A DNA stretch of 64,000 nucleotides from Mobula hypostoma (Eukaryota): positions 28,646,001-28,710,000 of the forward strand of contig NC_086109.1 of the NCBI RefSeq assembly GCF_963921235.1. Reading direction: 5' to 3'. The position numbers were made by a program, and so were the translations under genes. The notes below the pieces were generated by a model. That model had not been told where the DNA came from and made no database searches. It saw only the letters and a program-made list of their open reading frames with translations. The first letter of the stretch is position 1; each line of letters starts with the position of its first letter. This document shows positions 12,223 through 24,429 of this stretch, one piece after another.

Positions 12223-13949
12223 ATAGGACTATCTTTCCTCCCAAAGCTTAATTAAGAGAACCCACATTGCAAAACCTCCAAGAAAACGATGTATTTCCTT
12301 GAGTCTGGAGATCAAACTTTTATCTGTCAGTGTTGCCGCAAAGTTTTGCATAATTGCTGCAATGCTCTTTATATTTATATTGTTGTGCTCAAATCCCTTT
12401 CAACAAAGAAATGGGATTTTCACTGAGATTCTATTCATGTTGCAGCAATGAAACTGGAGAAGCCCTTGAGGAAATTTGTTTTTCAAGACTTGCGTTGTCC
12501 TCTCTGTCTCTCTTTTCAGCAGCTGGAATTTCACATATGAAACCTCACCTCATTCATTCAGTTGCTCCTTATAAGAAGTATCATCTTTACATCCGCTAAC
12601 CAGTATACTAGTCCATGAGAATCTTATGGAATCCCACGATCCATATAATAGGGATAGGAAGATTATGACCATTGAGACAAGTGTCCTACTGAGAGTAACA
12701 GTGATTAAGGTTTTTGAACAAAATTGGTCTCCATTTTTCACTTGGGAGGTCAAATTGGAGAGATGCTTCTGATTCAGAAGTAGGAATAATACTACTAATA
12801 ATCCAGAAACTCACATGGAAGATTTACATTGTATGTATAGCAATTAATAGGCAACAAAACAAATTCCCGACTGTGACCACTGTTGTAGAGCAGAGAAACT
12901 AACTATGATAAATAATGTAAGTACTGCTGTATTATCTTTTTTGCCAAAGTGATCAGCCAGTTCTGTTACACTGATTCAGATGCAAAGCTTATTATTTTTA
13001 GAGATAGGCAGAGAATCAAGTCTTTTACTAACCTGTTGTGTGTCTCTGTTTATACTTAGTACAAGATCCTTCTCACACAACTTTGTCTAAGTTCTACCAG
13101 CTTAACTCTATTTTCGTTATCCTTCGTATGCTTTCTCAGTTTCCCCTATACTAGAAGAGTGGAGAGAATTATGAAATCACGTTCATTGCAAATGAAAATA
13201 TGTGATTATGACATTTAATGTCTTGTTCATGTGTCAATGTTCAAGTCAATTTTGAAACTGTTATAGAGTCTTTTTTATCATTTGTTACTTTTAAGATCTT
13301 GTGCATCTCGACAGATGTAAGTCTGATTAATGACCGTGGCCTAGGAGACTGCAAATAATAAGTCCCTCACATTTGCAGGACATTTTAAAATCTACACTAC
13401 AATCATAAATATTTAACAAATTTGGAAAAGTGTACTTCTGGATTAATGGGTCTTCAGGACTGAGAGAGCAAGGGAACTATTTTTGGTTCAAAAATATGGC
13501 AAGGCAGGCATTGTTTAACATTGTTAAGGGATTTCCTGCCTCATAGTCGGCAGACTGCCAATTGCACAAAAACATAGAATGTTTTTGAGAGATGGGTATG
13601 TACCGAGGTGAGGGTATCAGGCTTGAACTTCCTGCCCCACCAGCAGTTGCTGCAGACCCACTTACTTCATTCACTGAGTTCTTTCCCCTCTTTTTATTTT
13701 ACTTGTTTATAACAGGTCCATGGTGTCAGCAGAAATACTTTAGAAATACCAGATCATCCCTGTTCTCAGAGCTAATTACATATAAATGACGTGTTGAGGA
13801 GAAAATGATTCTGGAGACTGCTGTGTTTTGTTTGTGTAAGTCCAGCAAATAGTAGGGAGTTGGTTGCTTAGGAAAGGCTCAAACTTCACCCATTATGAGT
13901 CATATCTATATTGTTTTTTTAACCTTTTATCTACAACATGAGTTGCCAG

Positions 13950-14365
13950 AGCTAACATAGCTGCTGTTCCACAACTCCAGTGCCTTGGGTTCAATCCTGT
14001 TAAGACCATAAGACGTAGGAGCATAATTAAGCCACTCGGCCCATTGAGTCTGTGCCACCATTTCATCATGGCTGATTTATTATCCCTCTCAAACTCATTG
14101 TCTGTGTTGTTGCTTGTATAGAGGTTACATGTACTCTGTGTGACTGTATATTATGTTCTCCCATATCTCAAAAAGTTGCAGTCAGTCAGTTAATTGGCGA
14201 CTGTAAATTGATCCTATTGTGTAGATGAATGAGAGAATCTGGGAGGGATTAGATAGAATAAGAGGGGAATAAAGTTAGATTCATATAGGATCAGTGTATA
14301 TGGATATTTGGTGGTTGATGTGAACTCAGTGGGCCAGTGGGTCTGTTTCCATCCTGAATGACTAT
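13950..14365 (+). mobile_element. HE1/V-type tRNA SINE interrupted by an antisense CR1 3' end (about 14001-14100)
   Basis: B-box GGTTCAATCC at about 13988; V-like body TTAATTGG..CTGTAAATTG; CR1-like tail. The insert starts AAGACCATAAGAC (antisense CR1 tail). Confidence 0.65.
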
Positions 14366-14573
14366 ATGTCCTTATAACCTTCTCTGTGTGCTCAACACAG
14401 CAAAATAGTCACACCAACTCTCATATCAATTCATTTTTAACACTTCATCATGGATAACATAAAAATAAAAATCAATGATCCCAATGATATGGAAAAGAAA
14501 AATAATTCCTTAAAATGCTAACAGAATCATTTGCATTGCATTTAGAATGTTTTAACAATTTGTAAATAAGAAT

Positions 14574-14828
14574 GGCCGGCTGGTGGTGCAGTGACATCAG
14601 CGCCAGACTCCAGAGTGAAGGTTTTTGAGTTCAAATCCAGTCGGACTGCTCCTGGGCACGCTTTCCATCCATGCCAGGTTGAGTGTCGAGCTCGCAACTC
14701 GGCCTCATAAAACAAAACTGCGCTGTGAGAAGGACATGGGGGACCACTCACGGAATCTTTCCTCCAAGACGACCACTTGAAAAAGTGGTCGCCGAGGCTC
14801 TGACAGAGTATGGCACACAAAAAAAAAA
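14574..14828 (+). mobile_element. tRNA-derived SINE with oligo-A tail
   Basis: A-box-like TGGTGCAGTGA, B-box GAGTTCAAATCC, terminal A run. Imperfect flanking repeat AAATAAGAAT/AAACAAGAAC. Confidence 0.75.
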
Positions 14829-16379
14829 CAAGAACGTTTTTACATTGCCAGGTGAACTAAATATAGTGAAGACAAATTTGGTCCCATGCAATGATCACAG
14901 ATCTGAAGTAAAACTGAACTCAGATGTTTTTTTCAATGTTATCTAACACGAGTTAATACTGGCCTCAGGAAGTCCTCAATAATAAAATGCTAAATTATAT
15001 TTATGATGGTGTATCCATTGCTGGGAGGTACATCACACAATATCAATTTGCTTTCAGACCCATTTCAGTGAGTCTTAGGGAAGGTTGGGTCTTGGTGCAA
15101 TATGTTAACACTAACCATTCTAAAGTTAATTATGTATGTTGCCAAGAACAAGTGAAAACCACACAACATCTCATCTGTCAGGCTCCATAGACTCAATGGG
15201 ATTATTATTTCCAAAGCACTGCTTTCCCTGGCTATATTTGCACTTAGTTTGCCCCAGGAAGAGTACAAACTCAGAGGCCAAATATGGATCTCCTACTGAT
15301 ATGTCCGAGAAAATCTCAGTCACTGTCTTCCATTGGAGGGTAAGACCCTTTTTCACTTAAGCTCTGAACAGCTGAGCCAAACTGGAGGTCAGATCAGTAG
15401 AGGTTAAAATGTGATTGATGGACCCTGGAAACCTCTTTAATTATATATTTGAAAAGTGCTTCCTTCCTTGCCCATCTCCAAAGCCCCATGTTTAGTGAAT
15501 GTGTAGTGTGCATTTAATCTTTCGCTACACTTCACATTATCTAGCAAGACAATCTGCCATCTGTTGGGAATGAAGGAGGGAAGAAATGGTGGTGCATATA
15601 TTAAGTAAATATTGCCCTTGAATAATTACCTTTTACATCTGATATCCTCTCTGCAGTATGCTTGCTAACTTCAGGATAACTTGTCAGATACTACATTTTT
15701 GCAGGCACCGCCGATCAATAGCATCTGCATTTCGAAAGTGTGTTACAGACAAGGATTGCCACACGAAAAAGAGTGATCCATTGATGCATCCATTTCATAA
15801 ATTTGAAGGCAGATTGTCACTTTGCTTTCAGACCAAATATCATGATTGCTTAATTTATCACAACTAATGACATTGTTGACTATCATGTTAATAAAGAGAG
15901 ACATGACATTTTGGTGATCAGAATGGTTCAAAAATAAACACAATATAAACATGGAATAGGGAGGGAAAACAGTTTAAAATTTTGCATTGCTGCATATAAC
16001 TTGCTTCTGAATCTGACCTGAGGTCTTAATTTCATTCCAATATTGGACATGTGGAAGTGAAACAGAATACAACAGAAATATCAGGTACTGATTCTTACAA
16101 GCCAAAGCAAAAATCAGTAAATCTGACTCTAATTCCATTACTATAATCAAAATTAGACAGACTGTACAATCATTGTTCTTCAGCAAAGGTCAAAAGAGTT
16201 TGTACAGGCCAGAAAGCAAAGGTTCGCACACCCATTCTCATCCCATATACCTTTCTAACCAGTGCTCTTCTTTAGCTGTAGAACCTGCAGCAATGCCAGC
16301 AGATTCAGATGCATCTTGCATTCTCTATTCCCACTCTGCCCAAGCAAAGCAATTTTAAAATGACACAGTGTGAAAACAA

Positions 16380-16870
16380 AAAAATGTCTTTCATTTACAA
16401 TGCAGTTTTCTTTATCTCAGTACATTCCAAAGGGATTTAAAGGCAACAAATTACCTTAGAAGTGTGGGTTCATGTATGATATACGATTGTCAATTCATAC
16501 AAAACAGAATCCCATTAATATCATTGATACAATTATAACGCAGGAAACATAGATATAAATTAGTACACAGCAAGGTTGTCCTAAGAGAATTATGATAATA
16601 AGCAGATTATCTGATTTCCTCATGTTGTTGTGACAAATATTGGTCAAGACTCCAGGGATAACTTCTCCAAAATAGTACTGTGAGATCTCCTAAATCTTCT
16701 GAAGAGGAGAGGCAAGCTCTCAGCTTTTAATTTCTAGTTCAAAGCAGGGTTTCACAAAGTGCAGCACTCTCTCAGTACTGCTTTTGTGCTCAGCTCTCTG
16801 GAATGGAGCTCCAAGTTAAAACCTTCTGCATCAGAAGTGAACATCCTACTATCTGAGGCAAGACAGGCAC
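16380..16870 (-). mobile_element. Ancient DeuSINE remnant
   Basis: Colinear with 6230-6600 (TACACAGCAAG..AAATATTGGTCAAGACTCCAGGG..AAATAGT..GTGCAGCACTCTCTCAGTACTGC). Confidence 0.6.
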
Positions 16871-16909
16871 TCTAATTACTGAATCAACTTTATTATTCAT
16901 TATGCAGTC

Positions 16910-17150
16910 AAGGAGTCATACAGCATGGAGACATGCCTTTCAACCCAGCTGCTCCACACCGATCAAAATCCTCATCTAAACTAGTCTCATTTTCCAACAT
17001 ATGGCCGTATTCCTCTAAACCTTTCCTAACCACATATTTGTCCAAGTGTCTTTTAAATGTTGTGCCTTAGTACTTCTTCAAACTGACCACTCTCTGGGTG
17101 AAAATATTATCCCTCATTTCTATTCAATCTTTCCCCTCTAACCTTAAACA
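16910..17150 (-). mobile_element. CR1 3' end fragment
   Basis: Antisense CR1 3' UTR (GAGTCATACAGCATGGA..) and ACCACTCTCTGGGTGAAAA (the FTQRVV motif, antisense). Confidence 0.75.
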
Positions 17151-17250
17151 TGCCACATCACAAGAGTAAATGCACAAACAGAAACAAACATATCACCAAA
17201 GTACCAATAAATGCAAAGCAGTAACGAACAAATATTAGTTGTGCACTAAC

Positions 17251-18240
17251 ATGAGAACGTCTGCAGATGCTGGAAATCCAAAGCAACGCGCACAGAGCCC
17301 TGAAGGAATTCAGCAGGTCAGGTAGCATTTATGGAAAAGAGGAAGCAGTCAACATTTCAGGCCGAGACTCTTCTTCAGGACTGAGAAGGAAGGGGGAGGA
17401 TGCCAGAATAAGAAAGGTGGGGGGAGGGTAAAGAGGCTTGCTGGAAGGTGATTTGTGAAGCCAGGTGGGAGGGGAAGGCCAAGGGTTGCAGAAGAAAGAA
17501 TCTGATAGGAGAGGTGCATGGACAAAGTGAGAAAAGGGGAAAAAAGAGAGGACCCAGGGGGATGTAATATGCAGGAGAGAAGAAGTAAAAGGTCAGAGTG
17601 GGGAATAGAAGAGGGGTGAGGGGCAATTTGTTCACTGGAAGAAGAAATCGATATTTATGCCATCAGGTTGGAGGTTACCCAGATGGAATATGTGTTGCTC
17701 CTCCACCCTGAGGGTGGCCTCATCTTGACACAAGAGGAGGCCATGGATGGACACATTGGAATGGAAATTAGAATTGGAATGAAAATGTTTGACCACCAGG
17801 AAGTCATGATTGTGGCTACTGGAGTGGAGGTGCTTGACAAAGCGGTCCTCCAATTTACAATGTGTCTCACTGATGTAAAGGAGGCAGCATCTGGAGCACT
17901 GGATACAATAGATGACCCCAATAGATTCACAGGTGAAATGTTGCCTCACTGGAAGGATTGACTGGGGCCTTGAATGGAGGTGTGGGAGGAAGTTTATGGG
18001 CAGGTGTAGAACTTAGACCATTTGCAGGGTTAAGTGCTTGGGGGGGAGATTAGTGGGGACGGATGAATGGACAAGGGAATTGCAGAGGGAGCAATCCCTG
18101 TGAAAAGTCAAGGGGGAGAGGTGGTAAAGATATGTTTAGTGGTAGGATCCCTGTGGAAATAATGGAAGTTGTAGAGGATAATTTGTTGAATGCGGAGGCC
18201 GATCGGGCGATAGGTAAGAACAAGAGGAACGCTATTAAGG
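17251..18240 (-). mobile_element. Penelope-like element (GIY-YIG domain plus pseudo-LTR), older subfamily
   Basis: ORF 17632-17949 RQHFTCESIGVIYCIQCSRCCLLYISET..LEDRFVKHL..LGNLQPDGINIDF; pseudo-LTR with hammerhead motif at 17346-17383. Confidence 0.92.
17346..17383 (-). ncRNA. Minimal type I hammerhead ribozyme motif
   Basis: Minus strand CAGUC-CUGAAGA-AGAGUCUCGGCCU-GAAA-UGUU-GACUG: both core boxes intact and a 5-bp stem I. Confidence 0.65.
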
Positions 18241-18529
18241 TGGCATGGCCGTGGGGTGAGGGAAGAACAGTTAAGTATTTGTTATATGTTTCTGAAATAT
18301 ATCAATCCAAATCAGTGTGGCACTCAGATAGCATTATATCTTGAATTAAAAATGAAACTCCAACAAATACAGGTACAGTTGTCACCTCGCTATCAAGATT
18401 AGGTATTACTGTCTCTTACATTGAATCCAATTTAATGAGAGATAAACAAGATATTAAGAGGGACAGGGAAGTGGGTGGTGAATTATGACAGCCGACATGG
18501 GAAATGAAAAGATATTCTATAAAGTGACT

Positions 18530-19150
18530 TAGAACACAGAACATTACAGCATAGGCCCACGATATTGTGTTGATGTTTTAACCTTCTCTAAGGTCAATTT
18601 AATCCATCCATCCTACATAGCCCTCCATTTTTCTTTCATACATCTGTCTATCTAAGATTCCCGAATATGTCTCTATTGTATCTGCCTCTACCTCTACCCC
18701 TGTCAGTTTTTTCCTCGCACCCCCCTCTCTCTCTCTGTAAAAAATCTCCCTCTGTCATATCCCTCCTCATACTTTCTTCCCAACACAAAGCTATGTGCCT
18801 TTGTATTAGCCACTTACACCGTGGGGAAAAAATATCTGGCTGTCCACTTCATCTATGCCTCTTATCATTCTGTACACCTCTGTCAGATCACCTCTTATCC
18901 TCCTTTTCTCCAAAGAAAAAACCCAAGCTCACTCAATAAAACGTGCTTTCTAATCCAGGCAGTATCCTGGAAAATCTCCTTTGTACCTCCTTCAAAGCTT
19001 TCACATCTTTCAACCTAAGGAGATGACCAGAACTATACACAATACTCCAAGTGTAGTTTAACCAGAATTTTATAGAGCTGCAACATTACCTTGTGGCTCT
19101 TGAACTAAATCCCTGACTAATGAAGGCCAACACACAATTATCTTTCTTTA
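18530..19150 (-). mobile_element. CR1 LINE 3' fragment
   Basis: Antisense CR1 3' UTR (TAGAACACAGAACATTACAGC) and GACCAGAACTATACACAATACTCCAAGTG (HLEYCV.FW, antisense). Confidence 0.85.
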
Positions 19151-19299
19151 ATAATGTGGGGCAAAAGGCAGATAGATATGTTTGGAATCAAGCACTCTGC
19201 TGAGGATTAATATCAAAACTGCATCGGACAACAATTGCCCTCGGCTGGTTTATTGCTAGCAATCTGACCACTGCTTTGAAAAAGGGGTGTAACTGCACA

Positions 19300-19712
19300 A
19301 GGGATGGTACAAAGGAGATTTACAAGGATGCTGTTGGAACTGAAGCAAATTAATTATGAGAAATGACTGGTTTGGCTGGATTGTTTTCTTTTGGGAAAGG
19401 GATAGGGGTAGAATTAACTGTCTATAAAATTATAAGATACAAAGGTAACATGAATAGAAGGGACCATTTTCTTATCAAAGCATTCAATAATCAGCAGGAA
19501 GGATTAATTTACTCAGTGGAAGAATTATAGATGAATTGAGTGAGAAGATTAATCAATGACAAATAGATAAGAGTTAGAAATTATAGTACAGGCAAATTTA
19601 AGTAAGAAGTCTTGGATATGGGCTTGCAGTACCATCACCCACAAAGTGGGAAGTGGGATTAGATTTGGCAGCAGTTCTTTAATCAGCATGGATGCAAGGG
19701 ACTGAATAGTCT
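19300..19712 (+). mobile_element. Old CR1 3' fragment
   Basis: GGTACAAAGGAGATTTACAAGGATG (VQRRFTRM) and a degraded CR1 3' UTR. Confidence 0.65.
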
Positions 19713-19715
19713 CCT

Positions 19716-19815
19716 GCAACACACAAAAAGCTGCAGGAACGCTGCAGGTCAGACAGCATCTAAGGAGAGAAATGGACGGTCAACGTTTTGGGTTGAGACT
19801 CTTCACCAGATCTCC
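19716..19815 (-). mobile_element. Penelope pseudo-LTR terminal fragment ending at a degenerate hammerhead motif
   Basis: CAACACACAAAA..CAGCATCT..GGTCAACGTTTTGGGTTGAGACTCTTCACCAG, colinear with the other pseudo-LTR ends. Confidence 0.75.
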
Positions 19816-20690
19816 TGCTGTTTTGTAGGTTCCACAGTTCTCTTTGATGGCTAAGATGAGTATTTTCAATCATAAAATAAGGAAAATATTTCCAAATATC
19901 TGTATTAGTTTTCCGAGGTGTTTGAATCGTAAACTGAAAATCTAACCCTTCCTTTTGAAATTTTCTACAGAATTTCAACACAGAGCAGTGAAGCAAAACA
20001 GTAGGAAATGATAAGATGTGTCAAATTTCTCACATTTCTTCTTAAACTGCAAAATAATTAAACTCCCATTAGAAATGTTAGCGGCAAAACATTTCAGAAA
20101 TGTCAACAGTGGTCCAATTTTCACTTAGTCATAAGCATTAAAGTTACAACCAGTCTTGCAATTTGAAGCTTCAATACATAAACTAGAAAATGCAGTAAGC
20201 AAATAAAAGAAAAAGTAATTTCTATCTGGAAGTACCCACTTTACAAAATGCTTTAAGATATGTTGCTATCAATAAGTTCAGTGGTTGCAGAAAGTAATTT
20301 CAGATAGAGATCATTTACTGTGTGAATGGGTCTGAAAAATATGCTAGAGCTGTTTAAGTTGCAGCAACTGTAGAGAGAAGATTGGTAACTGCTGAATGCA
20401 AACAGGATCTAAATCTTCTGGAGTTCCTGTCTCAACATATGAGTGTGCAGGGATTAGATCCTTATCTTGCTCAACAAAGAGGGGATTTCTATTGGGTGGA
20501 AGTTTCAAAACCTATGAAAATATACACTCAGTGGCCTCTCTATTAGATATACTTGTGCACCTACTCATAAATGCAAATATCTAATCAGACAAGCGTGTGA
20601 TAGCAACTCAATGCATAAAAGCATGCAGACATGGTCTAGAGATTCATTTTTTGTTCAGATCAAATATCAGAATGGAGAGATGTGATCTAA

Positions 20691-21968
20691 GACTATGTCC
20701 ACACTAGACCGGATAATTTTGAAAATGCTGGTTTGTGTAAAAACGACAGGCATCCACACTAGGCATTTTTAAAAATACCTCTGTCCACAATAAAACGGAT
20801 ATTTGGGCAAATCTCCTCCTACTGGGCATGTGCAGAACACACAGAAAACAGGTGAAGAGGAAACGGTATACCTGGTGCGTGTTTGTCCAGTTACAGACTA
20901 GAAAAACTTAAAAAGAAATTGCCAAACGAAAGACTTTGTCCAGAAACATTTCCTACAGCCATAGTCTCTTCACCGATGAAAGGGACAACAGCTACAACTA
21001 AATGCAATAAGGCTTGTTACTGGGCAAAAGTGAAATTTGCTGTTAACTCATTTGTTTGCTTTTACTTTTGCCATGTCTTTGTGTATTAATTTGCTGTATT
21101 TAATGTGCAATGAAATGAGTTACTGGGCAAAAGTGACAACTGCATCTATACCCCATCTGTTACTCATTTTTATGCACACATTCTTTCTCTCACTCTCCTT
21201 TTTCTCCCTCTGTCCCTCTGAATATACCTCTTGCCCATCCTCTGGGTCACCCCCCCGCCCTTGTCTTTCTTCCCAGACCTCCTGTCCCATGATCCTCTCG
21301 TATCCCCTTTTGCTAATCACCTGTCCAGCTCTCGACTCTATCCCTCCCCCTCCTGTCTTCTCCTATCATTTTGCATCTCCCCCTCCCCCTCCAGCTTTCA
21401 AATCCCTTACTCACTCTTCCTTCAGTTAGTCCTGACGAAGGGTCTCGGCCTGGAACGTCGACTGCACCTCTTCCTACAGATGCTGCCTGGCCTGCTGCGT
21501 TCACCAGCAACTTTGATGTGTGTCGCTTGAATTTCCAGCATCTGCAGAATTCCTGTTGTTAACTGCATCTATTGAATGTTTGCACAAGCAATACATTAAT
21601 AAAGCACCTTGTTAAATGCATAAAACATCAGTGTTATCTTGTAATTCCATACAATGTTACATAAGGCTGTTACACATCTATTGTCAGATATTGTTGTGGT
21701 GTTGGAGGTTGCATTCAAGAAAACAATGAAATGCCGCACTGTCGCCAACATTTGCTCCAGCACGTCATGACAGCGGTTTTAAAAATAACCGGTTACACTG
21801 TACAGACTACACTGGATATTAGGCGTTTTCAGATTTATTCACTCTGGAGAGTGTTTCTGAAAATCTCCGTTTTTGGGGGAGGAAAGCACCGTTTCAGTGT
21901 GACGGAGGGTCAAAACGAAAAGAAAAAGCTTCAGTGACGGATTTATCCGGTCTAGTGTGGACGTAGCC
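20691..21968. mobile_element. PIF/Harbinger-type non-autonomous DNA transposon (MITE)
   Basis: About 26-bp terminal inverted repeats (TIRs) GACTATGTCCACACTAGACCGGATAA / TTATCCGGTCTAGTGTGGACGTAGCC; TAA TSD at 20688-20690 and 21969-21971. Confidence 0.93.
21150..21560 (+). mobile_element. Solo Penelope pseudo-LTR with 12-bp TSD
   Basis: TSD AACTGCATCTAT at 21138-21149 and 21561-21572; colinear with 36740-37170. Hammerhead motif at 21428-21463 has GAAA changed to GGAA. Confidence 0.93.
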
Positions 21969-22954
21969 TAAGTGACTTTGACTGAGGAATGATTGCTGAT
22001 ACCAGATGGAGTGGTTCAAGCGTATCAGAAACTGCTAATCTCCTGGGAGTTTCATGCATAAAAGTCTCTAGAGTTCACAGACAATGGTGCAAAAAAAAAT
22101 TCAGTGAGCAGTAGTTCTGTGAGCGAAAATGGCTTGTTGATGAGAGAGGTCAGAGAAGAATGGTCAGACTGGGTCAAACTTACAGGAGGGCAATGGTAAC
22201 TCAAATAACATATGTTACAACAGTGGTGTGCAGAGGAACATCCCTGAATGCACAACATGTCAAGCCTTGAAGTGGGTGGGCTACAGCAGCAGAAGACCAT
22301 GAACATGCACTCAGTGGTCACTCCGAACAGCATTCTCTCTATGGTATTTCTATCTTTCCTATGTTATAGTAATGAGAATTGCACATGTAGTCATAGATGT
22401 TGCAATTATAAATCTCTTCATTGAGACTAAATGACCTCAACTCTGGTGTTTAGAAGAATACTTTGACATTTGACAATTTTCTATCACCTTTATTTGGAAT
22501 TCTTCTTATATGTATTCCAAAAATAAAAGGAGAACGCATGGAATCAAGAAATAGTATATTTAATTAAGTAATGGTAAAAAATCAATGCATTTTCCTTATA
22601 CTAGTAGTATTCTGTTTCTGAAATTCAACTGGAAAGAAATTTCATTGTTGACAAGGCAGAATCGGTCCATACTGCAGTGGAGCTTTTGCCAAATGACCAA
22701 AGAAGGATTCCCAATCTAAAATATGTAATTGTATATCTGAACCAAAACCTAGACTATCAATGAGGCAGCTAAATTTTATTCGGGTCAAAGGTAAGTCTTT
22801 CAAACTGGCTAAAACTTTAAATCCAACCCGCCCTTCCGGAAATGACTAGCTTGGGTGAAATGTTATGATTCACCCCATGTTTTACCAAAGTGACTTCAAT
22901 GCAGAGAGAAAGGATGGGATGTAAAACTAACATTGCATTTGATTTTGCCAGTTT

Positions 22955-23640
22955 CATGGTCATCATCATAGCTTGTCACACCAGACAGCCAGTGTGATAG
23001 TGTTGTTTGGCTGATGCTGAGCATGTCAGTGTCAGCTAAATCAGCGAGAGTGAGCAGTTGCGCAGAACGTGTTCAATGTTCTGCACCCTTTCACCACACT
23101 CACAGGATTTGCTGGTCTTTAAATCCTACTTCACCATGTTGTCTCCCGTCCTACAAACTCCCACTCTCGCTCTGTTGAGAGTGCACCACTTCCGTCTGTC
23201 AAGCAGTGCCCCGTCTGGCAACATTTCTGTGGGGTCTTGCACTGTATTGTTTGGTGGGGTTCTGGCTTCTGTTTGTTGCCAGAGGTCAATCCTGTATGTT
23301 TGAGGGGATGTTCCATGCGGTAGTTCCTCCACTGTAGCAAAGCTTTTCCTCAATTTTAGGTGGTTGGAAACTGGCACATGATGATGTAGTGGGTGCCGTG
23401 GATCCGAGTTCTGTTTACCTTTTTCAATTTTTGTTGTAGTGTGTCTTCGGATCTCTGGGGGAGCAATGGCTGGGCAAGTCTGTAAATGATGTTAGTGGGT
23501 GTGGGGCACAGTGTGCCCGTGATTATTCGACAGGCTTCGTTAAGCAACGGGTCTATTTTCTTTGCATGGGCTGATCTGCCCCACATAGGTGCACAGTATT
23601 CTGCAGGTGCATAGCAGAGTTTCATGGTGAGGGAGTCCAA
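22955..23640 (-). mobile_element. Vingi/Ingi-like non-LTR retrotransposon 3' fragment
   Basis: LCYAPAEYCAPMWGRSAHAKKIDPLLNEACRIITGTLCPTP, then WCTLNRARVGVCRTGDNMVK and a CECG..QNIEH Cys/His motif; (TGA)n-like tail. Confidence 0.75.
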
Positions 23641-24429
23641 TTAGAATAGCTCCCTGTAAATTTTGACTTCCAATGCAAACCTGGAGAGCAGAACATTTCT
23701 ATAGAGCCACTTGTGCAAAAAAAAATCTACTTAATATATCCTATATGAGAATTGAACCAGAAACAACACCACAACCGTCCCAATTAGCACATTTGGCCAG
23801 TAACCAAAACATATTGCTTAGATCCCATTACTGCAATGTTTATAACAATCTATTTCTCAGATATTTCACTGCATTTGTCTCATCATCATTGGTTTCTGAC
23901 TCCAGGCAACCCACTTGAATTGAGTCTGAGTAAAGAAGCTGTGGGATGCTGTGATTGTAAGGTCAACCCTGCTTCATGTTCAGTCAACAGGGGACTCACA
24001 CGCTGCAGGCAAACTGGACTATTTTAGTTAACTCTCAGTTAAAAGCAAATGGCAAACATTTTCAAGGGGTTCTGCCAAATTTTTCAGCTGCCAAGCTAAT
24101 GGAAAAAGCTATAGAATTTTCAGTATAAATTATGTTTTCATGATTTAGTACACTGGGTTAAAAAAAAACATTATGCTAGGCACTTGTTATCTCTCCAGAT
24201 TGAATTTATCACCATGACAAGTTTTATTTAATAGTATCTGATTGCATGGATTTCCAAGAAATCCCCCCAAAAATTCAGGAACATAACCAATAATAGGCAT
24301 ATTTCAAACAAAAACAAGCTATCCTAAGAGAAGGGGTGAGATGCACCTCATGTCCAGCTCTTTATCTTTAAACCAGTCTAACAAAACCCAGCAATTAAGG
24401 TGTGTGGCTGGTTGAGTAGTAATAAGGAT

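Larger units (their letters stand above)
20525..22322 (+). mobile_element. Tc1-derived non-autonomous element, split by a Harbinger MITE
   Basis: TA|CACTCAGTGGCC terminal repeat. Body encodes a decayed Tc1 N-terminus (CDLSDFD.GMI..SETA.LLG) that rejoins across 20691-21968. Sister copies at 31195 and 47585. Confidence 0.88.

Noticed and set aside
22656..22790. Plus-strand coding exon ending at a strong AAG|GTAAGT donor
   Set aside because: All three frames from the candidate acceptor contain stops; a noncoding exon cannot be excluded but is unsupported.
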